Shown: one piece after another, positions 1 through 13,300 of the stretch | Numbering within the stretch: the first letter of the stretch is position 1 | Layout of the letters: each line of letters starts with the position of its first letter | Assembly: GCA_030141605.1 (NCBI GenBank) | Contig: JAQGDQ010000178.1 | Location: forward strand, 374,628 to 438,627 | Reading direction: 5' to 3' | DNA length: 64,000 nucleotides | Source: Tubiluchus corallicola | Lineage: Eukaryota > Animalia > Priapulida | The notes under the pieces: generated by a model | Seen by the model: the letters and a program-made list of their open reading frames with translations, nothing else | Databases searched by the model: none | What the model was told of the DNA's origin: nothing | Made by a program: the position numbers and the translations under genes

Positions 1-59
1 AATTGTTTGAATGATGTTACGTATTCATTACCTAATAATGTTTCTTGTCTTTGCTTCTG

Positions 60-1357
60 TTAAATACCAAGAAATGCCTTTCGCTTTAAAGCAGATGTAC
101 TTGGTTCTTTGGCGAGAGAACTTGGCGTATGATCTGAAACTAACTCATCCTGTTTTAAAGCAGCTGCTCTTTGCCGTTTAACTGTGCGAGCCTGAACTAA
201 CTTATCTCGCCTTAATGCAGCTGCTCTTTGCCGTCTAACTGTGCGAGAACTTCGCTTGCTTTCTTCAGCCATTTTACAACTTCGTAAAATGTCCTCTAGG
301 CACTCCGCCTCTGTGGATTTTTTAATCTCTCTCAGGTCTGTGTTTTCATAGATGTCTTTTGCTCTAGTTATGAGTTTAACTGTGTGGTCAAGTACCTCAT
401 AGTCATTGGCTCTTTCATCCAAGTTTTTTACAGCCATATGAAATGCTCTCATGATGATCATTCGAAACATATTCAGCAGGTAAATTGCTGCGGAAAAATT
501 GAAAATGAAGAAAAATGCAGGTCCAAACAGAGAGTGCGCATTTTCATAATTATAAAACTTGCCTCCACTCAGTAACATGTCCATCAGTGATCCCATAGAT
601 ATTAAAAACGTATTGAACTCGTAGAGAATGTAGCTAAACACAAGCATGCCAAACAATGCAAACGGCAACAGTACTAATAACAAAATAATCGTGTAGTTAA
701 ATAGGGCATCTACAGAAAAAGCAATTGTATCCGGAAAGAGAAACATCATCTTATTAAATGACAGTATCTTCCACAGTTTGATAGTTACCAAGACGACCAG
801 AAAACCCAAAACATACGTTAGTGTAAAATCCCAAAATGCAGCTGTGTAAAAACTCAAGAATTTTGATTGTTCTGCCCGCTTGTTTTCTTCTAACAAATTG
901 TCAGTGAGTTTTGCCTTTTTCACAAACAGGATGAATCCCGTTAGGGAAAGGACAATAATGCTAAACTCGACACAATTCCAGGTCTTTTTAAAATAGCTGA
1001 ACTTCAGTTTGTTAAGTTGTTTTCCTTCTCTATAGATAAACACTCCAAGTAGCACAAGGTAAAAAATTTGGCTTGATATTATTGTTCCATCTACTGCACT
1101 TGCAAATGTAACCAGGTTCAAAGTAAAAATCTGATACAATGGAAAAATGCCGCCGGTATTACTAAATTCCAAAATCATTAGCACAATGCTGAACAAGTTT
1201 GTGTTGGAATTGAATAGAGTCATCTCGATCATCACGGCTCGAGTGCGATCATCAATCCAACGCGAATCAATCAATGAATCTATAATCAATTCATTCTGTG
1301 AGCGATTGCGAGTCAATTCCATCACATAGCCACCACCGCTGTAGAAAGCTAAATGTC
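60..1357 (-). CDS. Terminal exon: TOP end, polycystin cation-channel TM domain and C-tail
   Basis: [31 protein letters not shown]; acceptor ttacag; stop TAA at 60-62. Confidence 0.95.
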
Positions 1358-4300
1358 CTGTAATAAAAAATGTAAATTCAGAGGACTTATTACAATGCAA
1401 AACAACTAACTTTATGCCAGTGTACAGAAAACTTTGTATACCAGTGTAGAGTAAGTTTTACCAATTATCAGTACTAGTAATGAACACACATCGACAAACT
1501 GATGAATGCAGACCAACTACTACAAGCGCTCATACAGCGGATTAACCAAAATTCAGCCGACCACAACGTTCCACTAATTAAGCGCTCAGTTATAAATCAA
1601 AATGATCGTGATTGCTTAATATAATAAGAGTAACATTTTGTATGTTTCGTCATTAATATCTGCCGTTTAATTACTCAGGGCAAAAAACCTGCAATGCCAT
1701 GTAGAGGTAAAACAACATAAGAGCTTAATGTTCTAAAGTCACTCAACACAACCAAATATTACGTTCGCATTTTAAGAGAATTATAAGCCTGTGACTGGGG
1801 TAGTCACATAAACATTAACAATGGCATTGTTCGTTTGAGAAACTAGCAAGAAGAAGCCGTGTGCACGAGTGCTATGTTTTTACAACAGAAACTTTTGAGT
1901 GAGTAAACAGGAGAACTGGTTGCACCATTAAGTTTAGTAGATCAATGACGTGATGTCCCTCCATTTTAATTAACCTCTTTATTGCTGTATTCCAGCTGAT
2001 GCTCTGGAATATTTTATAGAAAATGAAAAGTTGCTGCTGCTTCTGTCACTGCTGTGTTATCGTGCTGCTGTTTCCCACCCTACAGCCACTGCCACCGCTG
2101 TCACGAACTACTGCTTTTTTGTAAAATATGTAAGCCCAGTGATTCATATTCAAATTGTGTCATTTATCAACCACACAATGTTGAACCAGCCACATCATAT
2201 TATATGCACGAACTGGCTTGACCTATTATCTACTGTTGCCTGATGACATGACTAAAAATCTGGCAAGATAGTTTCTAATTTGTTCTACACTGTTCTATTT
2301 CTGAGCCATTTGAATAGACAAACATTGATAAAAAGCAGAAAAAAGCTACACAGAAGGCAGCAGTCACAATTTAGGCAGACGATACAGCAATAACAGCAAT
2401 CTTTTTTGCAACTTTATCCAACTGAGTAAACAGAAGAAATGATCATTGCAGCATTAAATTCATTGGATAAAAGATGGCTGCTATTTCAAGCTTCAGCTAA
2501 ATATAACTTTCGCAAGTACCTGCATAAGGTAATGTCCGCAATTCCAATGTTGAGCGAAATGTCCAGTGGTCAGTAGGAAAAGAAGGAAACTGACGTTCAC
2601 GCCATCCTGGCGAATACGGGGCGATATCCTCCCAGGGCCAAGAATAAGCAGAGACACACTTCCTTCCAAATGGTTCCATAAGATGATGTATTGAACACAA
2701 ACCTAAAATGTTAAAAAAACAGGCAGTGCAAGTCAATGGAATGCATGGAAGTCACCAAGACAAACTTTTCAAATCACACAGAGAATTTATCAAGCCCTGA
2801 ACAGTACAAAGCTGTGCCTAGCTTCCACCTAGTTTTGACATTACCAACCTGGCTTTATGCGTAATTGTCTCAGTCTCACAACACCAACTAACATCGTAGT
2901 CATATCTGCAGCATATCCGTATGGTGCCTCTTCTCCATTGTACAGTGTATCTGGATGTAAGCTAGGTTGCAAAGTGTTCCGGATGTAATCCCACATGGAA
3001 CTCACAGTTGATATCTATAAACAAAAGAGTATGACGGTGTGATATACAAACCAAAACGAAACTAAAGTTTATTTGAATCAAAGAAGAGCTCTCAACAAGA
3101 AAACAACAACAATCAAACAAAATTACAAACTGCTTTTTGTAATTTTTTGACCAATTTGAGCTTAATAACTTATGACTGGTACCTAAATAATTATTATTAT
3201 TAATTATAATAATTATTAACAATTTATACTGCCATAAACCATATGACAGGTTGAATGTTGAAGCAAATTCCTCTCACTTTACCTTGCAGCATAGGAGAAA
3301 TTAGGTACAACATTCAATCTGTCACAGAAAAAGTTGCATTTGCAGGAATAGGTTTACATATTGTCTCAATGTATAAGGATAGAAACAAACACGGAAAATT
3401 ATCGCCAAAATCATAGCAAAACTATTAGGCATTTTTTAAAAGAAATGTACTTGCCAAGAAAAAGTTATACTTATAAACTGCTAATTAAAAACGCATATAT
3501 TGTCAACTGAAACAATATTTCAGATGGCATAGGAAAACATAAATAAATATTGTTCTGCAGTAAGGTTTTTACTGCCAGCGATGTCACTCGCAGGGACTCA
3601 CATCTCATCCTGGAGGTTAGCAGAACCAGGAGAGAAATCGATTAGCACACAAATTCACGAAAGAGAAAGTTTGGCTCAAACCAGCAGAAGTAGGAGAGGC
3701 ATGGATTCACACACAAATTCACAAAAGAGAAAAGTTTGCCTCAAACTAGCAGAAGCAGGAGAGGCATGGATTCACACACAAATTCACAAAAGAGAAACTT
3801 TGGCTCAACTAGCAGAATCAGGAGAGGCACTCGCTAAACTTAGTTAACCAGTTAAATCACATGCAAATTCACAACAATTAGTCCAAGATTGTTTTTAAAA
3901 AGACAGGAAGACCGCATTTCGGCTGAACGGGCATCTCGCTAACACAAAACACGAAGAAGTTACCCTTGAAAGGTTACTGGACTGTCATATGAATGCCTAA
4001 AACAAATGAACTCTAAAACCTTTGATGATCTGGACAGACTTATGCTGTTTTGTGTTCAACTAGCAACTACCATACTCAAGGATTCAACTGTAGCACATGT
4101 ATTTATCAACTTTGTAGTTTTAGACAGGCAAGAATTCGAATTTGACCAATCACAGAGTTCAGGATATGTGAATTACAAGTAGGTAGGTTAAGGGGCCTTA
4201 AATTAGAAAGGGTGATTTATTTTGTTGTAGTACTAAAGTAACCTACAGAACAGTCACTGTAGCATTGATCACGAAGGTAGAGGGACTAGAAAAGAGATGT

Positions 4301-7300
4301 CAAATGCAGATTGGCCGAAACACCTCCCTCCAACATTTATTTATGTAAAAGCTTAATGAAAGATACCTACATCGGTAAAGTTCGTACTTCTCACATAAGA
4401 TGCATTGATGACTACATCCTCTACAGTTCTAGTCACCATGTACGACCTAGAAAATGTAAAAGTACAGTGAATCCTCGCTTTATGCCCCCCAAATTAGCGA
4501 CGTTTCATTTTAACAATACTAAACATTTGAATGACTTAACAACTCTTGTTTCATTTTAACGACAACTTTTTTACTTTGCTCACATCCATTTTTTACCTTA
4601 TCAACAACATTACTACCTAATTTATAGCAATACAACGGTACACATTGCATTATTATGTTCTAAAAATGCACTAATAATAGAAAACAGAACAATTATTGTT
4701 ATTATGTCTTTGCTTTGCGACTGACTGCTAAATGCTAGCCATATGTATAAAACGTTTTTTAACATTTTATTACAAAGTTTTAATAAAAGTTGAATCTGTT
4801 AAGTTTTTTGGTATTTCAAAGTATTGGTCTTCTCATATGCCAATAAAACTTCAAAGAAGCCTATGAAATGTATTATCAAAAGACTGTTTGTCATAAACTG
4901 CTTAAAGAAGTGTATGACTTGTGAAGGGTCAGTTTAAATCACAATTACAAAATAACTTCCAAAAGAAGTTGTATCGTGTTTTATGAAACACCGTTCAACA
5001 CATTTTTATTTTTGTGAACAGATTAAACCTTCATATTAGGCAGGTGTAATTAAAAAAAGTTTAAAAACGACACTACATCTGTTGCATCTCTATTATCATA
5101 AAGGCCAAGTAGGGGTACTTTGCCAGAATTATTTACCCACCTTGCATCACGGAAATTATAGACAATAACAGACAAACTTGCTATGAAACATAGGAAGAGA
5201 ATAATCTCTTTAAGAATCGCATTAATTTCGTTGGTGTAATTCTTATTCTCCCGTGCAACCACTACAAACTTTTTATCAGGAGGCATGTACATGTAATGCT
5301 TTTGTCTGTATCTCGAGTTCCTATGCAAAAAATATGTTTGAATTAGGCTAATTAACAAAACCATTATAATCTAGTCTGTTACCAAAAATGGGGGACTGAC
5401 TGGACATAGCTGCCAAACTTTCAAGAAGGCCTGATTCTTAGCCCTTTCTTACAGCATTTTGGACATGGACAGTTTTATAAAATTTCGCATTTTGGCCCGC
5501 TGTCCCGGGACACTAAAAAGTAAAAAAATGATCCTGCACTTTGGAGGTTTATAACTCCAAAACGTTCACAGATAGACACTTGGTTGCTATTAGGGACGAA
5601 TAGGAGCTTACATGTGAGCTGTTCTTTAGTAATATTATTAGTGTTTTGGAACACACAAAGTGGCCAGATTACATCATCAATGCCCTTGAATCCATTTCAC
5701 AAAATCAATAGTCCGGTCTGTTACCCAAAAAACGAGCTCTTAGCTTCGTACTAGATGACAAAATGCTATATATTAGGTATGTTGCATGAATAGTGGCTCA
5801 CAGATAATTAACTACATTGACATTCCAGAAGTTTAAACATGGGCACTCTCACTCATGTTTAACACGGGATGGACAGGAACGATTAAGACAACGCCGGCCC
5901 TAACTCTAATTCAGCACACCTCAAAAATATAAAGAAAAATACCATGATGGAAAAACTACTCATTGGAAAACTTTGTCCCGGAGGTCAATCTGCTCCCGGA
6001 TCGGGGAATGAGCCCCAGCCATGGCAGGGATGACAGGCAAGTTTTACAATAAATACAAATTATACAATTTTGTTAAACTAAACTGCAGTGCTTACATAAA
6101 TATGATACTGCCCAAGTTTGAAATGAAAATAGCTTTACAAACCTTTTATAAGCATCAAGCCATTCTTTTTGCAGATAAGTATTTAAATTCAATAGTGATG
6201 TGTCAAAATGTCTTTCCTCAACCTCAACTGATGGCTTTTTGAAAATAAGTGCCGTTAAAGCAGCAACAACAAGAACTTTACCAGGTTGAAGTACAAAAAT
6301 ACTTTGAAATATCCCAGTTATCATAGAGATCAGCCAGTCTACACTTTTCCTGTATCCGTACTTCAGACCATAGAGCATAACCAGGTATGAACAGATAAGA
6401 CAGGTGCTAATTACAAGAAACCATCCAATGTATAAACACCACCAGGGGAGTTGAAATGTTCTCTGGGGCTTTGGCTGAAGTTCAGAACGAGCTTTTCCCA
6501 CATCTTGATAACTTATATGTGAAAAACTTTTCATCATTGAAGCAAATTGTTTAGAATTGACTTCCGAATTTTTCAGGTTACTCGCACAGTCTTTTATGCT
6601 TGTTACCTAAATTATACCAACAAATATTTGAATAAATTACACCAATCTCCCATTTTCTGGAAACAGATAGTAACTCCACTTCACCTAGCTTTAAAAAAAA
6701 CGATAAATGCCAAGAAGCAACGGTTTAATTCTTACAGTACCTAGTTGACTTTTTGGCTGGGCCGTATTGTGTTTTTCACATTTCACAATAGCTTTTTGTT
6801 GTGTGTTACTAAAACAGAATCTTGTAAATAAACAAATAGTCATATTAATCAAATAGTGTTAATAAACACTAATATTGAATATGAGTTTTATTTGTATGCG
6901 CGCACACACATACGTGCACATCTGCATGCACTCAAGAACCTTGACAAATAAGCAAGGTTATATTTAGAAACCAATTTTCACAGCAGTCATAATATTAATC
7001 CATGTTATGTGATCATTTTATATGAAATGCAGAACAAGCTGCTAAACATACGTTTCACCATGCCTGGTGAATGTTACTTGTTGCAAAGCCATTGGAATCC
7101 CAAGGCTGTTAAACATTTCTACATGTTTTTGCACGGCTGTAGCAGCAAAATAAACAGACCTGAGTGACTGCGCTTAGAGCTGAGCTGAGCTTTGGCAGCA
7201 GTCTACTGCCTTCCGTCCCTTATACGAAAAATATAGGCAGCAGTGTGCCACCTTCTGTAGTGAAAGGGTTAACGAAGTACCTTTAAATGTGAAATGAATA

Positions 7301-10300
7301 CCCACTAAAAGGTATCTCATTAATTTGTAAAAATAAATAAATAAATATTTAAAGTAATTTTCAAATTGCAGACTTGCTAGGTCGCATTTGCAAATAGCGT
7401 ACTGCACATGTTGCTTGTTTTCAAAAAGCGGGAAATGCTAGCTTCCCTCATGCGCTCAAGCGAGACAGGGTTGTCAAACGCCGCAGATATGCAGCATTGC
7501 AAACATTTCCGATCTGTCGTGATTAACCCTCTAAAGGGTTGAACAGCCTAGCCATTAACCTGGTGCATGATTGCAAAGCGTGTTGTGATTGGCTGAAATG
7601 GATGCTTCTGTGGAGTTAGCCAGTGCCCGATTTACAGGGGACATAGAGGGCAATTGCCCCGGTGGTAACATGCAAAAACTTGTATGTGGTGTGGTTAAAT
7701 TGCGTTTGCTCTCGCTTTTATTGAGGTGCGATATATAAACGTATCTGCTAGGTTGCTAGTTAGGTACCGACTACGTTGGCATCTCAGGTCAGACGGCTAG
7801 TTTTGATAATGAACTAAATTCCAGATCTAGTGCAAGTGCAAAACTGTAAAAAATCTTAATTAACCATTTTCGTTGGTTTTTAATCATACGCAAAAGGTCA
7901 TCGCAAGTTTACCTGCATCACATACTTCAGTCCAAACATTTTTTCTAGGAACGTCTCTTCTTTCTGTTTAAATATGCGCCTATACGTTCTAACGATTGTC
8001 CTTATAATATCGCTAAATGTAAAAAAATCAGATATCAATGTTACTCGCAATCGAATTCAGACTACAAAACTTGCCTGACAATTTTAATTTATAGCAGTGG
8101 TGACAAAATATGTTTTAAGTGAAGCAGGATGGTTTTGACACACATGAAAAAGGCCACTGAACTGATTAGAATCCCCAAATCCAAATATGAAATTTCTTCG
8201 TACTTCTTAAAATAGACTTGAAATATTAACGACACAGCGACAATTATCGTCAAAAGTCTACCACTTCAATGATTATTTATCCTACAGTCAAATTCCTGTA
8301 ACACGATTTGGCTTATGACGAAACTCTCAGCAGTATGATAATTTTATTATGCCCCAAGGTTATAATAAAACCTATGTAATCACTTATGCTTAATACAAAA
8401 CTCGTTACCCCGCAACCCCATTTTATACGATGATTTCTCAAAGCCTGCCAATATGAGTTCAATATAAAAACGGTTGTAATAAGATTTCTGCTGCAAGTTA
8501 AACAAGCGTAAGTTATGTTCATCGATCAGAAGATAAACAATATAGAGACTATCAGCATCATAATATAAGCCATTTCACATTAGAAATGACATTAGGAGTT
8601 AATAAAAGTGTACAATGGATAGTACAAAACACGCTTAATATGAAAAATCCTGGATCTGATGAAAAAACGCATTTGACTGCATATTTAAAAATACTTAAGC
8701 AGCTAATTATCTAGTTAATTACACGATTCTTTCCAGTTATAAGTTTTATAACAGTATTGCTACATTAAATGCCATGATTTACATTGCTCTGATTACAAAA
8801 GAAAATCCTGTCTCTAGCTATATCATTATTCCATAGCAATGCACACTTCTTCTTCTGTTGGTCTAAACAGCTTGGACATTGAGCCTCTATCCTTTATTAG
8901 AGCACCCCACTATTTCCTACAGCTCCTTTCTGCAGCTACAATTTTCAACTCCTGTGATGCTATTGTCACGTTTAGTCTTAGCTGTTGTAAATCTTTATTA
9001 ATTCTTGATATCCAAGTTGTTCTTGGTTTTGCCTGGATGTCGTTTAGCAGGTTTCAGTGCCTCGTTTAATGCTAATCTTACTGGTATTATGCTATTGTCA
9101 CATTTGTTCTCAGAGGCTGTAAATCTTTATTAATTCTTGATATCCAAGTTGTTCTTGGTTTTGCCTGGATGTCGTTTAACATTAGCAATTTAAAATAGTA
9201 AAGATTAACTGTTACGTGTCATTAAGAACTAATAATCAAAATACCTCCTTATTTCTTCTATACAAGGTTATAAGAAATAATTATTAACAATTACCTCCAC
9301 AGTGTACTCTCATCTGAAACACTGCCAGCCAAATATAATCCCTCGTAATCTAGCTGCCTTCTGCTGAGCCGAAATATATAAACGATAATGAGGTTAATGG
9401 GAAGTACCACCAAGCTACTGGTTAAACCTACAAAAAATCAATAAAAACATTCATGGAAACCATAACCGAGCAGCCCATCAGATGTAGTACTACATGAATC
9501 ACGGAGCATGTAAAAACATTTACAAATTAATGTTCGTATTATTTAATAATAATACCCGAGCAAAAGAAATAATAATGGAAGCAATTTTTACATAAAAACA
9601 AAGTATTTAATTACAGTCAAACCTTGTTGCAATGCCAACCTCACATTATGTCAAAATTTTTAGCAAGACACAATATCTATATTTGCCCATAAAAACAACG
9701 TATTTAATTACAGTCAAACCTTGCTGCAATGCCAACCTCACTTTATGTAAAAATTTTTAGCAAGACACAATATCTATATTTGCATAGACGTGTATGTATT
9801 AATGCATCTCATTTCATGCAAGTACACTTTTTGGTGAACCAAGTGGTGCACACTGGGATGGTGGTGCTCTGCTGTTTTATCATGTGGTGCAAGTATTTCA
9901 AATTATGAAGAATTTGTCTAGTTATGCAAGTCTTTCAAACAGGAACGTAAGCATAATGCCAAGTAAAATAACTTTATATGGGAAGTTTTTTTGAGACATC
10001 CTTTAAAATTTCGTTTTTTTCTCCCTTAAAGTTCATTATGTTTACAATACAGCAGTTGTATGGCAGTAACAGTCCACTTTAGGTAGCGACTGAGTTATAT
10101 AACATGTTTATTTTAGATACAAAAATTGCATTGGCAGATGGTGGTATTTTCTGTGGTACTTGAATTTTCTGTGATACATTACGAATACTAGGCATAACCA
10201 CCAAAAATGCATTATGGTGCAACTGGTATTACAATGATGTACAATAAGGTTTGATTGTAAGACTATTCGTAACTAATAACAATCAAAGGTTACTTAGTAG

Positions 10301-13300
10301 ATTATAGGCAAAATTAATAGCTTAAAAGCAGGATAACTACCTATAGACAATTGTACCCAGGAAAACCTGAATACTTTTCCAACTACTAGTTGATCTTCAG
10401 GATTATCTGTAGGAATCCCATAAAACATGATATTCGCCAACATTGTAGTTAAAAGCAACGTCAAGACACAAGCTAGTCTCTGAAATATAAAAACTAATGT
10501 AAAAATTCTAAGTCCAAGTCTTAAAAAATGACTTATCAACAAGAAAAAGCAGTATTATGCTAAAGCTGGCATTATAACCAAGAAGCCTCTCATTATATTA
10601 AACAGCCATGTTGTACAACTTGACCACTGTACCTGGTCGTCCAATGTTGCATGCTCGGAAATGTTTAATGTTCGAAAATATTGAAGCAATATGTTTGAGA
10701 CTTTTGGAAAAAGCACATTTTGAGCAAAATTTTGTATGTTCTATTGTTTCAACATTTGAGACAGCTTCACAGAAAAATATTTATTAGCGTGAGGCATAAG
10801 GTCAATCCAATAACCAGTACAGTGCACAATTGTTTGTAATGATCCACTAATGTTACCTGAAGTGTGTTGGAGCTCACACAGTAAAAACACGGGCCTTCAA
10901 GCACTATCTTTTTTACAAAAAACGTAAAGAATAGATAGATGATAATTCTAAAGTTACTGAGATAGTTTACATTATACTTGGAGTGTCATAGTTCATCAGT
11001 GTAGTTTGTATTCTACTGAAAATAATAAAAGTTATCAATAGGTTCCATTATGTTGAAAGTTATGGCTGAAATTTACATTTCCCACACACAAGAAATTAGT
11101 TTGTGAAGCAGAAGAGTTAGAATTAGGGTTGGAGTTAGGGTTAGGGTATTTATATTTTGCAGGGAAGTAAAAGCTCCTTCAAAAGTTATCAATATCTTAA
11201 GTATCAAAAACTTCAACAAAAAGTACCTGCACTCTAGTAAAATTGCTGTTTGCAGGCCTCAAGAATATGCTGGCCCAAAGATGGTTATCCTTCATGTCAC
11301 GACGTGTATTATTCTTGAACAAGTTAGAAAACATCTGTAAATAATTAACATTTTAGGTAAAGTTAGACAGAAATGTACCAATATATAGTTTTAGAGTAAA
11401 TGTAGACAATGAAACTAGACTTATTAATCTAATAAATAATCCATAATCAACAATAAACATTTTAAAGTCAGAACAAGCAGTTTTCTAGGAAAAGTGTCAT
11501 TCACTTACAACTTATTAAGAATAAGTAAATATATAAGTAGATGTGCTGAATTAATCCATGCTTAAATTTAACTCACATTTGAAACACATTTTTAAGTCTC
11601 TAAATAACAACAGCTGCCATTTTTTCTTCTGCATTCTCCCAGAGAAGCTAAAGAAGAGTTTGGTTGTTGGTTTAATATGAAAATCTCTCACAAATGTGAC
11701 AATCATTTATCAACAAATCGTTTAAAATTGGCTAAAAAGCAGCATAAAATACAATGGAGGCTGCGCAGACTCACAGTTAATAGAATTAGTCACCTAATTG
11801 ACTTGAAATGCGAATGACTTCATCTGGTGTGGCAAATGTGCTTTAAAACTTAGGCAGCCGACACAAATAAATCTACATAATTGACTCAACGGTTTTGCTA
11901 AAGGTACAAGAATAACTGGAAGCTAAACATTTAATCACTTGTCTAGTGGTTTCCTCTGAAAGCTCCCACTGCTTTTCATTGAATGCATAATCAGTTAACT
12001 GTTGCTATTATACCACTGATACAGCACCAGTAATTTGCCAGTATTCCTTGTGACTTTAGAAGTGTAGACATCACACAACAACTAAGGACATAGAGGTTAA
12101 TTTTGAAAAAAAGAGCATACATATAAAGACTTAACATTTAACGCTCTCGCAGCTCTTGCGCTGCATAATATGCTGAAGACTAATAACTCATACTTCTGTA
12201 CTAGTAATACTGACACCAATCGCCTAATAGATTCAGTTCGTTAATGGGATCAAAACACTTGCATTCCAAAGTGAATCTATTAAACTGTGCCTACTGTATT
12301 CAAATCCCAACAGAATTCTAACACACACAAAATGTAACAACTGCCATGAATGAAACTGGTTACTTATGAAATGATTAGGGATAGTAATTGAAACAGTGTT
12401 AATCTAATGAAGCACAAACAATAACCACAATGTCTGCAAACTTCAAGAAATATATATAATTAGACTTAAATTAAATTAAATGACACTAAATGTGTGGTAA
12501 ACATTTTTCTTAAGTTATAAAAAGTTCTTGAAATGTCACCTGGAGTTGGGTACTAGTGGCTGCAGGAATAGAACAATAGACAGTTTTGTTGCCTCGGTCA
12601 ATAGCTAACCAATTTTGGTAATTAAAAAACCAGGTCTCATTCGTCTGACCGTCTCGAATCACAACTTGATTAAGAAACCTGTAAAATTAACCAACTGATG
12701 AATCACACAGTCAATCAGACAATCATTAAAGAAATTAATTAAAGGAAAACAGGGTGACTTTTCCTGTCACATCCCATTTTAAAGTATGGTAAAAAGTGTT
12801 CATTTTAACATTGTATAATAATGACAAAACGTTTCTGATAAAAAATTAATAGATTAAAAACTTATTAATAGATTAATTAACGGTGTACGAGCCTAAACCC
12901 AACAGATTTTAAATTTAGCTGTGCTCACATGTGACCTCTTACTTCAACACTGGACACTTGTGAACTGAGAGATACAGCACCTGTTTTCTGTGCAACACCT
13001 TTCCGAGATGCAGGTGCTAGCACCCATCTAATTAGCAAATGGCAAAATGCATGTAACAGGGTGGAACTAGACATGCGAACGTGAAATTAAGTTTCTATGG
13101 TAATAATTCTTACAGCCATTCTTGAAAATATAGTATATTCCCTTTCAATATTTCATAGAGTAGACTGTTCCCGGTTTTCCTTCAAGCAAATATCATTCAA
13201 TCAACTAGCCAACTCATAAGAAACAAATCTTTGATAATCTAATTATAATGGATTTACAAAGTATGAAGCAAACGGAACAATTTTGTTTAGATTTATTACA

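Noticed and set aside
8313-8522. Possible extra loop exon
   Set aside because: Splice phases do not fit; exons 9295 and 8012 already join in frame
11121-11147. TTAGGG-like units
   Set aside because: Only 3-4 degenerate copies; too short to call an interstitial telomeric array
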